Source: a virus. Taken from it: a stretch of 64,000 nt of DNA. Made by a program: the position numbers and the translations under genes. Below are positions 1 to 9,880 of the stretch, one piece after another; position 1 is the stretch's first letter; each line of letters begins with the position of its first letter. Location of the stretch: IMG/VR virus record IMGVR_UViG_3300032334_001950, positions 1 to 64,000 of that record, one strand, 5' to 3'. The notes beneath the pieces were generated by a model. The model did not search any database. It was not told the DNA's origin and saw only the letters and a list, made by a program, of their open reading frames with translations.

Positions 1-1
1 G

Positions 2-472
2 ATGCGTATCAATAACCAGCGTGAGTTGCTGATTGGCACGACCACCCGTACAGCTAACGGCGGCGTCCTCCAGGTCTCCAATGGCATCACGTTCCCCGCT
101 ACGCAATCAGCATGTACCGATCCAAACACGCTCGACGATTATGAAGAGGGGACGTGGACGCCAACTCAAGGTACCGGTGTGACAGCAGTAGGAGCTTTTG
201 CTTCGGCTGGTAGTTACGTTAAGATTGGTAAGCAAGTTTCATTTGCTGGTTCTATTACTGCTGTCACCTCTGTTGCGTTTAATCCCGCTAGTGGGACGCT
301 TGTAGCCGGTGGATTGCCTTTTTCAGTGCTAAGTGGTATTGGCAGTGGAACAGGGTGCAACATATCAGTTTCGGTTGTCATCAGTGTTGTCCCTTCTGGC
401 ACAGCAATTTATGGAGGCGCGTCAATTGCCGCTACAACTATTATTTATTTTGCCGGAACGTATCCAATTTAA
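2..472 (+). CDS. tail fibre protein, C-terminal part (5' truncated by window)
   Basis: RMRIN..LLIGTT fibre repeat and NTLDDYEEGTWTP motif typical of aquatic phage fibre C-termini. Confidence 0.8.
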   Translation: MRINNQRELLIGTTTRTANGGVLQVSNGITFPATQSACTDPNTLDDYEEGTWTPTQGTGVTAVGAFASAGSYVKIGKQVSFAGSITAVTSVAFNPASGTLVAGGLPFSVLSGIGSGTGCNISVSVVISVVPSGTAIYGGASIAATTIIYFAGTYPI

Positions 473-536
473 TAACCCAGCCCGCAACGGCTAAAAACTA
501 CGAACCTAAACCTGTTTCAACCGGAGGTTGACCCTA

Positions 537-782
537 ATGGCCTTTACCGAACGCTCTGAGTACAAACTTGAAATCATCCCGCCTTACTCAATCATCCAAT
601 GTCGTCGTGCGGACATCGTTGAAAAAGATGGTGTTGAAGTAGGCAAAACTTACCATCGCCACGTTCGCACCCCTGGCGAAGATGTAAGCGACGACTGCTT
701 TGAACTCCAAGCAGTTGCTGCAACACTATGGACCCCTGAAGTGATCGCTGCTTATCAAGCATCGTTGAGTCAGGCCGAGTAG
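537..782 (+). CDS. tail fibre-associated small protein
   Basis: ATG at 537; IQCRRADIVEKDGVEV..TYHRHV motif of a family usually found just after fibre genes. Confidence 0.65.
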   Translation: MAFTERSEYKLEIIPPYSIIQCRRADIVEKDGVEVGKTYHRHVRTPGEDVSDDCFELQAVAATLWTPEVIAAYQASLSQAE

Positions 783-831
783 TCCTACTCACTTCCATGC
801 TTAGCCAAACCAAGTAGTCAACGCCACTAAA

Positions 832-1062
832 ATGAAGCCCTTCAACGCACAAAAGTTTATCCTTTACTGCATTGCAGGGCTTTTTGCAATACAATTTAGC
901 ATCCATTTAATTGGCGCCGTAGCTTGTTACGTAAAAATCAACGCAACTATACAAGAACAATGCAATAGTTACGACGACCACCTACAAAAAGCATTTGAAA
1001 GCGCCCTCACAACAGTCCTTGCCCTCTTGGTGCATATCAAAGACGATGCCGAGCTGCTATAA
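832..1062 (+). CDS. small membrane protein
   Basis: Hydrophobic N- and C-terminal segments. Confidence 0.5.
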   Translation: MKPFNAQKFILYCIAGLFAIQFSIHLIGAVACYVKINATIQEQCNSYDDHLQKAFESALTTVLALLVHIKDDAELL

Positions 1063-1094
1063 TCATTTTATGCAGGGTAGAAGTAACAACTAAC

Positions 1095-1532
1095 ATGGCT
1101 TACATTGGGTCTGAACCTACTGTTGGATTCATAGCAAAACTGCAAGATATCACCAGTGGTTTCAACGGCAGTACCACTACTTTCCAGCTTGCCCTCCCCC
1201 CTGGTGGATCCATCTACTACTACACCCCAGGCAGCGCACAGCAACTTATCGTATCCCTTGGGGGTGTCATCCAAAGCCCCGGCACTGATTACACCGTGAG
1301 CGGTAGTCAAATCACCTTCACTACGGCGCCCGTCGCCTCCCTGACCTGCTTCATCGTTGCCCTAGGTCAATCAATTAATGTTGGCACCCCCAGTCCCGGA
1401 ACCGTAACACCAAGCTCCCTAAACCTAGCCGGACTCGGCAACTACGCTAATGACACCGCAGCAGCATCTGGCGGCGTAGCAATCAATGGTATCTACCGCA
1501 ACGGTTCTGTACTACAGATCCGAGTAACGTAA
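1095..1532 (+). CDS. short tail/baseplate-attachment domain protein
   Basis: MAYIG..FNGSTTTFQL..LIVSLGGVIQSPG resembles the N-terminus of the fibre starting at 61500. Confidence 0.7.
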   Translation: MAYIGSEPTVGFIAKLQDITSGFNGSTTTFQLALPPGGSIYYYTPGSAQQLIVSLGGVIQSPGTDYTVSGSQITFTTAPVASLTCFIVALGQSINVGTPSPGTVTPSSLNLAGLGNYANDTAAASGGVAINGIYRNGSVLQIRVT

Positions 1533-1551
1533 TACAAACGCAATAAACAAA

Positions 1552-1686
1552 ATGGATCAAAAAACCAAGGTCAATTGGGAAAAGGTAAAGAGTGCGCTGG
1601 AAATCGCAGGCAAGATTAACTCTTTAATCTACAAAAGGGCATGTGCAATTGTAGCTACAGGGAAAGACCCAGGCCCCGGTTTTTAA
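1552..1686 (+). CDS. conserved small cyanophage protein (44 aa, below ORF-track cutoff)
   Basis: Translated by hand: MDQKTKVNWEKVKSALEIAGKINSLIYKRACAIVATGKDPGPGF. Confidence 0.6.
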   Translation: MDQKTKVNWEKVKSALEIAGKINSLIYKRACAIVATGKDPGPGF

Positions 1687-1761
1687 TTGAAAGCGCAACA
1701 ATAGATTGCACGCAAAGAACCGATTAATCTGCTGTACAATAAAATAAAGCAATCTTAAATC

Positions 1762-2073
1762 ATGGCGATTAGCTATACCTGGACTATTGCAAAGTTATTT
1801 ACATGGGACACAGAGTGTTGCAAAAATGCAGTGCATGAAGCCGCATGGAAAGTGACCGCTACAGAGGGAAAAAATACGTCCGATATTACAGGTGTCACGG
1901 CTTTTGCTGATCCCGTCCACTTTTGTATTGATTACAAGGACCTCACCGAAGATATTGTCATTACTTGGATTCAAAACACCCTTGGACCCCTTCGTACTGC
2001 GGAAATTGAAAACGCAGCGGCAGCAGGACTTGCGACAACCTCTTATTCAGATAAACCACTCCCCTGGAAATAA
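1762..2073 (+). CDS. tail-associated hypothetical protein
   Basis: YTWTI...YKDLTEDIVITWIQ...PLPW pattern common next to fibre genes. Confidence 0.65.
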   Translation: MAISYTWTIAKLFTWDTECCKNAVHEAAWKVTATEGKNTSDITGVTAFADPVHFCIDYKDLTEDIVITWIQNTLGPLRTAEIENAAAAGLATTSYSDKPLPWK

Positions 2074-2084
2074 ACGTAACCCCC

Positions 2085-2309
2085 TTACAAATGCAATAAG
2101 TAAAACAGCTTAGTAATATCCAAACACAAAAACACACCCGTCAAAAACAAAATATCGTATAACTTCAAACGGATACAGGAAGGCAAAAACAAAAATGGGG
2201 CGGCAATCCTCAAAACCAAACCGATACGTTGATCTGCAAACAACAAAAACCCATAACCAATCAATAACAAAGCGTTACCGGTATAACGCATGAGGACTTG
2301 TTTATCCAT
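2085..2309 (-). CDS. small multi-pass membrane protein
   Basis: Three hydrophobic segments. Confidence 0.55.
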   Translation of the reverse strand: MDKQVLMRYTGNALLLIGYGFLLFADQRIGLVLRIAAPFLFLPSCIRLKLYDILFLTGVFLCLDITKLFYLLHL

Positions 2310-2339
2310 CTAACAAGCCCAGCAAAATATAATACTATT

Positions 2340-4925
2340 CTATTCCTCTTCTTTACCCTCAGGAAGAATTGTTCCGTGTGATTTAAACTTTTGATCAGAA
2401 GCCCGTACCGCCAAGCCCTTCACGTAAGCTCGACCTTTCTTCGAAAACGTAAAAACATCATTAAGGCCCAATTGGTTCTTGCAGCAGTCCATCAACAACG
2501 CAACAAAACGCCGCTGCCCCACCGACTTACTCCCTGTATCTTCGCAATACGCAGCATAACTCGGATACAAATGATGGTTGCTATTGCAATACCGCTCCTG
2601 GGCATCCTTTGCAGCGGGAATCTTCTTACCAATGGCTGCAACATTCTCTGGCGCCACAACAATTTCAGACTGCAACCAATCCACCAAATTATTGCTATTC
2701 AACAGGATCTCATTCTTCACCTTACGCAGCGACGGGACCAACTCATTGGTGTCCAGCAAATAACGACGCATATCACGTTCACCCATCTCCAGCACCCAAT
2801 TGACCAAGCCGGGCAAATAATCTTTCCATACCCCACCAATACTGCCCTTATTAATCTTGATCATATCCTTGGCTTCACTACTCTTGTTGTAAAGCGGCCT
2901 ATTGAACTCAATTGTGAGGCGACGGCGGCTTAATCCACTGGTGGGATCACTGGTCTGAATTGGTTCGTTAGCAGCCACCATAACCATACCCTCATAAACA
3001 AAGGGCTCCCCAATAGCCTTCAACTTCTCTTCATAGCGCAAGTTATCACCGCCCGTCAACGCCTTAAAGATCTGAGCAGAACCGCCATAACGCTCCGAGT
3101 CATTGATCAACGTCAGACGCTTATCCTTCAATGCCGAAACCTCAAACCGGCTCTGCTCCAGCTGGTTCAACGTACTACTGGCAAAGTTACCAGCACCCAC
3201 CATGGCGCAACATAAGTTGGTGAAGGTACTCTTACCGCGACCACCAGGACCAATAACTTCAAGAAAACGTTGAATTTCGTTGCCGCGACCCACTAGGCAA
3301 GCTCGTAACCAAGCTCGCAACACCTGTACACGATCTTCATCACCGTATTGTGTACGCAATAACCAATCACGGATGGGGCCGGGTTCAGCAGAAGGTTCAT
3401 ACGGAAAATCAAGACCCCAAGTCAAAAAATTCTGTTGTTTATGGTCACTGAATTCACCGCTGCTTAGGTCAAGTACGCCATTGGAGAAGGCAAGCATGGA
3501 GCTGTCATCATTCCATTCGGAACAAGACAGAAAACCACGCAACAAGAGGGCAACATCATTAACAAGGTTGTTGCTGTAGCCGCCGGGTAACTCCGCCATC
3601 TTAAGGTGAAATTGCACATTATGCAAAAAGTCCTCCCTATGTGCTTGTTTACGCCAAATCCCCTTGGCGCCGTCATACTGCAACCAATTCTCATACTGCG
3701 GGTCATATCGCCATCCATCACGTAACATCAGCGGAAACAGATTATCCGCTAGCTGCGACGAGGGTGGATTCCGTCCTTTCTTAGGAGCGTTACGGTTGAC
3801 GCCACCAGCAGCAAAATGCTCAGGATTCTCGCCATATTCCTCTTCATCCTCATCCTCCTCTGCTTCCTCCTCATCAATCTCCAACTGTGCATTCACCCGC
3901 TGCACAATTGCTTCCATCGATGGCGCAGCATAACCACCAAGATCCACATACCCATCTTCCTTCGCAATAGCCTTCAATGTCTTCAGGCCGCAGCCACCCT
4001 CAGGGTTTGGCCCACCAGGCAATCGCTCAAACGTAGCCCACTTCGCCTCGCAGCACCCATCTTCAAACGCATCAGACTGAGCCGACCACGCCACCCAGGC
4101 ATGCAACAGGCTGTCATCGATCTGGTGCAGAGCCATGCCGATGCGCACCCATTCGTGGTAATCATCAGCACGTTCAACATTCATTGCACCTAGATACTTG
4201 CAAGCATCCTCAATTACTGATTCCAAATGATACTTAGAATCAGTGTCATAATTCAACGTAATATTCTGGTTGATGAAGTTCGTAGCACCAACACCACGCT
4301 TCCGATACTTTGTACTTGGATATGCTTTTGCAATTTCTGCATAAACCCAGTCCGGTAATTCCGGTGGTGATGCAGCAAATTCAAACCCGCCATGCTCTGT
4401 CGTTCGGTAGCCATCCGTCTCAGGGTGTGCGCCGCAAATAGCACCCTGCCTACTTGACCACAACATCTCAAATGGTGCAGCCCCCAGCTTCAACGTGGCC
4501 CGTTCAGGTAGCCGTCCAATGCTGTCATTACTGACGCGGAACAGCATCCGCATGCGACCTTCTTTCCCACTAGCGATCGTTAACGTCGGAGGAAAAATTG
4601 AAGCGATCGGCCCGCCACCAAGCCGTTCAACAAATTCAATCCCTTCCGGCCCATCAAAATCAACCCAGATCAACCCATACTCATTACTAAATTGCCCCGA
4701 TAGCAACCCGATACCTGTAGCCCGCCCCTCCTCAATCTCCTTCTGGATCTGAGTTACAGTCAGTGGATTAGTGGTCCATCCGGGAAGGTATGCTTTCTTC
4801 CCCCGCAATGGGGTCAACGCCCAATCAACGGGTATCCAATCCAGCTTGATTTCACCAGGTTGGAGGTGTTTACGGGGGCGGCGGGGCTCCAGGGTCGCGG
4901 TGGCGCTCACAGGGGGATATGGCAA
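2340..4925 (-). CDS. bifunctional primase-polymerase / PriCT-2 / D5-like SF3 helicase
   Basis: N-terminal Prim-Pol (WVDFDG, GAHPET), PriCT-2 (DYHEWVRIGMAL), Walker A GPGGRGKST, FKALTGGD. Confidence 0.92.
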   Translation of the reverse strand: MPYPPVSATATLEPRRPRKHLQPGEIKLDWIPVDWALTPLRGKKAYLPGWTTNPLTVTQIQKEIEEGRATGIGLLSGQFSNEYGLIWVDFDGPEGIEFVERLGGGPIASIFPPTLTIASGKEGRMRMLFRVSNDSIGRLPERATLKLGAAPFEMLWSSRQGAICGAHPETDGYRTTEHGGFEFAASPPELPDWVYAEIAKAYPSTKYRKRGVGATNFINQNITLNYDTDSKYHLESVIEDACKYLGAMNVERADDYHEWVRIGMALHQIDDSLLHAWVAWSAQSDAFEDGCCEAKWATFERLPGGPNPEGGCGLKTLKAIAKEDGYVDLGGYAAPSMEAIVQRVNAQLEIDEEEAEEDEDEEEYGENPEHFAAGGVNRNAPKKGRNPPSSQLADNLFPLMLRDGWRYDPQYENWLQYDGAKGIWRKQAHREDFLHNVQFHLKMAELPGGYSNNLVNDVALLLRGFLSCSEWNDDSSMLAFSNGVLDLSSGEFSDHKQQNFLTWGLDFPYEPSAEPGPIRDWLLRTQYGDEDRVQVLRAWLRACLVGRGNEIQRFLEVIGPGGRGKSTFTNLCCAMVGAGNFASSTLNQLEQSRFEVSALKDKRLTLINDSERYGGSAQIFKALTGGDNLRYEEKLKAIGEPFVYEGMVMVAANEPIQTSDPTSGLSRRRLTIEFNRPLYNKSSEAKDMIKINKGSIGGVWKDYLPGLVNWVLEMGERDMRRYLLDTNELVPSLRKVKNEILLNSNNLVDWLQSEIVVAPENVAAIGKKIPAAKDAQERYCNSNHHLYPSYAAYCEDTGSKSVGQRRFVALLMDCCKNQLGLNDVFTFSKKGRAYVKGLAVRASDQKFKSHGTILPEGKEEE

Positions 4926-5008
4926 CGGTAAGGGGGTTAGGGGTAGCTTAGCCCAGTTCCCGACTGCTGAACAGGGGGAGAATCGGGCATATTTTCTATA
5001 TGTTTACG

Positions 5009-5938
5009 TTACGCTGCAGAATCTTGCGCCTGGTCTCCGTCCACTACTTCCATCTCAATTTCAGGGGCGTTAAGGGAAGGTAGGTATTCGTTGTAATACT
5101 TGTCCACAGCCTCCAGCCATTTATTTTTCCACTTCTCAATGGTGGCGCCCTGAATTGCAAACACTTGAGGGCGTTCTACGGTAGCCACCAAGATCATGAG
5201 AATATCCGGTTTGATGCCACAAGTATGTTCAAGGCCCATGGCGTAGGCACCCATTTGCATGCAGCATTTGCTGTATTTCATAAACCCAGCCCGCCTCATT
5301 CCGTACTCATTTTTTGGAGTATCAGTCCCTGGCCACTTGCCAAAATACAGGCCATTGCTGGTTTTCAAGTCACCGAGGACAGTTTTTCCTTTCCATTCGG
5401 CCACAATGTCGGGTGCGCCGGCCCAACCGTTGACCTTCCCCTCTACGACACCCGGATGCCATACACGGCTGATCCCATCCCCGCCAATCGTCCAATTAAA
5501 GTTGTCCCCAACTGGATTTTCAGCCCAGATGACCCGTTCAAAATTGTCCAGTTTCTCCGGCAAACCCCTCCAAAACGGTTCTACAGCCTCTTCAATCGGG
5601 AAATCACGCTCCCCCAGCAGATAGCGCTCCATATAGGAGTGAACAAGTGTCCCCCTGGCAGCGGCAGCTTCTCGGCCACCCGGATTTTTTGCCGCCCAAC
5701 GTTCCAACGCAGCCTTATTCCCACTGGTGGCACTGAGAATTGTCGTCACCGAAGGGAGTGCCCCATACGGTGTACGGTAGTGACGGGAGCCATTTATCTC
5801 AACCCTGGTACTTCCGTCGCTGCGATAGTCCAAGAATTGCTCATACGATGCATCGGCATGGTACGAGGGGTGAATCTTGCGTTCTTCCGCTACCCGCTCC
5901 AGGATTTTTGCGGTGATATCCAGGACGGCAGGGGGCAT
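5009..5938 (-). CDS. PD-(D/E)XK exonuclease
   Basis: LPSVTTIL, RGTLVH, AGAPD..DLKTS, QMGAY motifs; ATG start at 5938 preferred. Confidence 0.85.
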   Translation of the reverse strand: MPPAVLDITAKILERVAEERKIHPSYHADASYEQFLDYRSDGSTRVEINGSRHYRTPYGALPSVTTILSATSGNKAALERWAAKNPGGREAAAARGTLVHSYMERYLLGERDFPIEEAVEPFWRGLPEKLDNFERVIWAENPVGDNFNWTIGGDGISRVWHPGVVEGKVNGWAGAPDIVAEWKGKTVLGDLKTSNGLYFGKWPGTDTPKNEYGMRRAGFMKYSKCCMQMGAYAMGLEHTCGIKPDILMILVATVERPQVFAIQGATIEKWKNKWLEAVDKYYNEYLPSLNAPEIEMEVVDGDQAQDSAA

Positions 5939-6039
5939 TAGGGAGAAGAGGATGATCGGATAATAACCGATTTTGCGGCTAAAACCAAGCATCCAGCTGT
6001 TTAGGCTTTAAAATAATAGCTAAACCATGCAAAAATAAG

Positions 6040-6402
6040 ATGGAGCAGGCCTCGGGCGCGAAAGGTAAACATTGTATTGGTGAAGTTTACGGCGCGAATT
6101 CTGACCTGCTAAATGATGAAGACTTTATTTGTAGTGCTCTTAGAGAAGCAGCGATGCAATCCGGTGCAACGTTACTGAAGATTGGTTCACATAAATTCCA
6201 CCCACAAGGCGTCACAGCATTTGCATTGCTGGCGGAGAGCCACATAAGCATCCACACCTGGCCAGAACTTCAATATGCAAACCTAGACGCATTCACGTGC
6301 GGCAGTCATACTGATCCAGAAAAAGCATTTGCTGTATTAAAGCAATTATTCAAAGCAACATCAAGTTATTCGAAAACAATTAAGCGCGCTTACTTTGGCT
6401 AA
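6040..6402 (+). CDS. speD: S-adenosylmethionine decarboxylase proenzyme
   Basis: F.PQGVT...LLAESHISIHTWPE...DAFTCG with the ES self-cleavage site. Confidence 0.95.
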   Translation: MEQASGAKGKHCIGEVYGANSDLLNDEDFICSALREAAMQSGATLLKIGSHKFHPQGVTAFALLAESHISIHTWPELQYANLDAFTCGSHTDPEKAFAVLKQLFKATSSYSKTIKRAYFG

Positions 6403-6408
6403 GTCAAG

Positions 6409-6741
6409 TTAATCGTGTTCGATCTCAGGTGGCCGATCTTCAAGCCTAGCAGGTTTTTCGGATTGGAATACCCCTTCCAAGTTGGCAGCAAATTTTGCCT
6501 GGTGGTAATGACCAACATGCACTTGGACCTTGGCGTAGGTCTCCAGGGCAACTGCAATAGCGTCATCAGGACTGATACTTAACTTACTATTTGCAAGTAA
6601 ACCAGCAGTCAAGATGCAAACGCCCAACTCCTGGGGGTTACTCAGGAATGAACGCAGGCTTTTTCCATTGTCCGTAAGGCTACTAAGCAACCAAACAAGA
6701 CTTTCTACGTGGTTAGGCTGATTGGGGTCCTGGATAGCCAT
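6409..6741 (-). CDS. hypothetical protein
   Basis: 110-aa ORF coupled to upstream gene by a TAATG overlap. Confidence 0.65.
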   Translation of the reverse strand: MAIQDPNQPNHVESLVWLLSSLTDNGKSLRSFLSNPQELGVCILTAGLLANSKLSISPDDAIAVALETYAKVQVHVGHYHQAKFAANLEGVFQSEKPARLEDRPPEIEHD

Positions 6742-7004
6742 TAATCCTCAAGTTGCTCTTTTACCCAATACAGAGTGGTGGTGTCCTTCTTGATGATGGG
6801 TTGAAGCAGACCCTCATTTTTGAGCACCGTCAGCCTGCGGGCAATCGTGCGATGATTTCTTTCAAATTTTTTAACAATTGCCGTAATAGGAATGAGGACC
6901 AAGTGGCCGCCGTTAAACACGGTAGCCTCCGAAAGAAGATACTCATGGATCTGGAAAGCCAAATCATCCATCAGATCTTTACTATGCTCAAGCGGTAGTA
7001 CCAC
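6741..7004 (-). CDS. winged-helix DNA-binding protein
   Basis: ITAIVKKFERNHRTIARRLTVLKNEGLL HTH-like pattern. Confidence 0.6.
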   Translation of the reverse strand: MVLPLEHSKDLMDDLAFQIHEYLLSEATVFNGGHLVLIPITAIVKKFERNHRTIARRLTVLKNEGLLQPIIKKDTTTLYWVKEQLED

Positions 7005-7023
7005 TGGTCCTATAAACTGCGAG

Positions 7024-7266
7024 TTACTCTTCTGATTTTACGTTACTACTACTTGAATGTGCTTCAAGGAATTTGATGACGCCGTTCTTGGCGGTCTGCA
7101 AATCCATGCACCAATGCGGTTCCAAATCTTCCAACCGTGGGGCATAGTACAGGACGTGTCCGGTATTACCATGCCGCAAACTGAGGATCTCATAGCCTTC
7201 ATAGATGATGGGAGGCAGGATCTCTGATGCGGTGCCCTTATAGCGGACTTTTTTAGTTTCCCTCAT
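7024..7266 (-). CDS. hypothetical protein
   Basis: ORF in the - strand cluster; ATG start chosen. Confidence 0.55.
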   Translation of the reverse strand: MRETKKVRYKGTASEILPPIIYEGYEILSLRHGNTGHVLYYAPRLEDLEPHWCMDLQTAKNGVIKFLEAHSSSSNVKSEE

Positions 7267-7329
7267 GGTGTTGAGGCAGAGTACCACTACAGTGTACTAA
7301 CCTAAACTCAGAACAACAGCAAAAGCGAC

Positions 7330-8658
7330 ATGGCAACCAGCATAGATTCTGGCGACAACCTGAGGTACGAGATCGTCAAGACGCGCCCGATGAATACAGA
7401 GGCGACCAATGTTGCGATTACGGGGCAGCCAATCAGTGTTACCACAGATCCCGGAACAGGAACAAAATCTGCAGCATTAGATGCTTTTGGGCGTTTGCGT
7501 GTATCCAACCCTTTGACGCTATTTGATTCAAGCCACCGATATCACGATAATGGTCTCTGGAACACGTCCACAGCATCAGGCGGCACAGCAGTATTCAATG
7601 CTAATCAAGGTTTAGTTGATTTAAGTGTTACTACAACTTCCGGTTCAAAAGTTTATCGAGAAACAACCAAGGTATTTGCTTACCTACCAGGTAAATCATT
7701 GCTGGTAATGACAACATTTACCATGGCCGCTGAAAAAACAAATCTTAGGCAGCGCATGGGATATTTCGGTGCCAGCAACGGGATGTATCTAGAATTAAGT
7801 GGGTCAACATTATCGTTTGTTGAGCGGAGTCTTGTTACTGGATCTGTAACAGAAAGTCGTGTCAACCAAGCAAACTGGAATTACGACAAAATGGACGGAA
7901 CCGGTCCGTCCGGGATGACATTAGATATCACAAAGGCTCAAATTTTATGGATGGATATTGAATGGCTGGGGCTCGGCACTGTGCGCATGGGTTTTGTTAT
8001 TGATGGGAAGTTTATTTTGTGCCATCAATTTCATCATGCAAACGTTATTGACACAACATATATAACCACAGCTTCCTTGCCATTGCGTTATGAACTCGAA
8101 AACCTAGGCACGACAGCAAGTGCCAGCACGTTGAAGCAAGTTTGTTCTACTGTAATTTCAGAAGGCGGTTACGAGTTGCGAGGACTTCAACAAGCTATTA
8201 ATATCCCAATTACAGCAGCTCGAAGTACATCAACAGCTGGTACATATTATCCAATTGCATCTATTAGGTTAAAAACTTCTCCCAACAATCTTGATGCAAT
8301 CATTATTCTTACAGCTTTGTCGATACTTGGCACAGGAAATGGAACCAATTACAATTGGAGGATTGTTGCCAGTGGTACAACAACTGGCGGCACCTGGATT
8401 AGCGCAGGAAGCAACTCTTCGGTTGAATACAACATTACAGGGACCAGTTTTTCTGGGGGCAGGGTACTGGGATCCGGCTACACTAATTCTTCTAATCAGG
8501 GTACAACATCTGTAGATATTTTAAGAGAAGCTCTATTTAAATTTCAATTAGAACGGGATACATTTACATCAACGGCATTTGAACTTACCTTAGCTGTTAC
8601 AAGTGATGGTGGTGGAAGTATTTTTGCTTCTTTAGATTGGGAGGAAATTTCAAGGTGA
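7330..8658 (+). CDS. virion structural protein (beta-rich)
   Basis: DAFGRLRVSNP.TLFD and WLGLGTVRMGF motifs, Thr/Ser/Gly rich. Confidence 0.7.
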   Translation: MATSIDSGDNLRYEIVKTRPMNTEATNVAITGQPISVTTDPGTGTKSAALDAFGRLRVSNPLTLFDSSHRYHDNGLWNTSTASGGTAVFNANQGLVDLSVTTTSGSKVYRETTKVFAYLPGKSLLVMTTFTMAAEKTNLRQRMGYFGASNGMYLELSGSTLSFVERSLVTGSVTESRVNQANWNYDKMDGTGPSGMTLDITKAQILWMDIEWLGLGTVRMGFVIDGKFILCHQFHHANVIDTTYITTASLPLRYELENLGTTASASTLKQVCSTVISEGGYELRGLQQAINIPITAARSTSTAGTYYPIASIRLKTSPNNLDAIIILTALSILGTGNGTNYNWRIVASGTTTGGTWISAGSNSSVEYNITGTSFSGGRVLGSGYTNSSNQGTTSVDILREALFKFQLERDTFTSTAFELTLAVTSDGGGSIFASLDWEEISR

Positions 8659-8673
8659 GTCGTTGCTGAGGTT

Positions 8674-9009
8674 TTATTCCTCGTCAATTGTTTTTTCAAT
8701 TTGTGTAAGACGCTCCAATATTTTACCTATATGAACGTTATCAAGCCGCTCCAAATCCAAGTTTTCGATTGCCCGCTTGCGGTCTAGCTCCGACTGGCGG
8801 GCAGCGGAAATTAAAAGAACTGGACCGGTATAAGCGGCTTGAAGGCTGAGCATAAAATTTAAGAGCATATAGGGGTATCTATCGGGTTTTAGGGGACTGA
8901 ACGTATTCAAACAAAGCCAAAATACAATGGCAGCTGTCTGAATGCCAACAAATCGCCAAGAACCGATACCATTTGCAACAGCATCCGCCAACCTTTCTCC
9001 TATAGTCAT
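8674..9009 (-). CDS. DUF1003-like membrane protein
   Basis: IGSWRFV..Q, D.YPYMLLN..LSLQAAY.GP..L motifs. Confidence 0.75.
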   Translation of the reverse strand: MTIGERLADAVANGIGSWRFVGIQTAAIVFWLCLNTFSPLKPDRYPYMLLNFMLSLQAAYTGPVLLISAARQSELDRKRAIENLDLERLDNVHIGKILERLTQIEKTIDEE

Positions 9010-9181
9010 AACAAAAATCCGCCTTTCCTATATTCTAGGAGAGACGGATTTGCGTTCTTGTTTTATATTTAATAATTACGCCGCTTCTTCCTCTTCTTCA
9101 GGCAGCATTGAAAACACGTTTTCCTGTTGCAAAAAGCGCTCCAGGTCCATCTTGCATTTCCAGTAGCCATCTGCAAACTCA

Positions 9182-9451
9182 TCACCGATCATCGGTTGCC
9201 CCAGGAGCAGGGTATAATTCCGGGTCAGGTGACGCAACATCTTCTTGGTGTTGGCCGAGGTAACTTTTGCCATAGGTTTTGGGAAGATCTTCTTGAGAAA
9301 AGGGAATAGTAGAAATACTGAAGCTGCCATCGTCGAGTTCACGGAAGAATAACTCATCGCCTTCTTTCCAGCCCAGACGATCTACCAGTTCATCGGGGAA
9401 GACAATAGTGCCATCCTCGTCAACCGGCAAACTATAAACAGGGTTACTCAT
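9182..9451 (-). CDS. AbrB/MazE/SpoVT-family DNA-binding protein
   Basis: IVFPDELVDRLGWKEGDEL swapped-hairpin signature. Confidence 0.75.
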   Translation of the reverse strand: MSNPVYSLPVDEDGTIVFPDELVDRLGWKEGDELFFRELDDGSFSISTIPFSQEDLPKTYGKSYLGQHQEDVASPDPELYPAPGATDDR

Positions 9452-9758
9452 CTTTAAGTGTGGCACCAGCAAAATACTCTTGGACAACCTCTGCAAGCAT
9501 AAGTTTCAGCTCATTTTTGTTAACAAACCCGCATGGATCAAACCCGTCAGATTTTGTAATGCCGTTATCAGCTTCGTAGTGCTGGTTGGCAATATAAAGC
9601 AAATCTCCAGTGACATCGTAAACTTGCTTGCCATTGATGTCTTGAAAAGCAAAACAGTGGTTTTCTGCGATTCGCATCAGCGAAGCGTAGGCCAGGGCAA
9701 CTGTCGTAAAGGATACTTTGTACCCTTCTGGATCCTTGAGGAAATACTGATCGGCCAT
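9444..9758 (-). CDS. hypothetical protein
   Basis: 104-aa ORF overlapping the next gene by 8 nt. Confidence 0.6.
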   Translation of the reverse strand: MADQYFLKDPEGYKVSFTTVALAYASLMRIAENHCFAFQDINGKQVYDVTGDLLYIANQHYEADNGITKSDGFDPCGFVNKNELKLMLAEVVQEYFAGATLKDE

Positions 9759-9846
9759 GGGAGGGCAGGCAGGACGTTGGTAGTTTACCGTGGCGTGAAG
9801 CAGAGAGCAACGCCTAATTTGAAAAAAATTAGGAGTTGGTTAGGAG

Positions 9847-9874
9847 TTGACTTCCGAGGTAAATACGCTATGAT
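9847..9874 (+). promoter_or_regulatory. sigma70-type promoter of ncRNA locus
   Basis: TTGACT-16 nt-TATGAT directly upstream of the structured element at 9881. Confidence 0.6.
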
Positions 9875-9880
9875 ATTACC

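Noticed and set aside
5009-5938. Cas4/CRISPR-associated nuclease
   Set aside because: No four-Cys Fe-S pattern and no array; fits a stand-alone phage exonuclease
2391-5941. Long + strand ORFs antisense to primase and exonuclease (also 42490..43179 and 48073..48813 on -)
   Set aside because: Shadow frames of well-supported genes with no recognisable motifs
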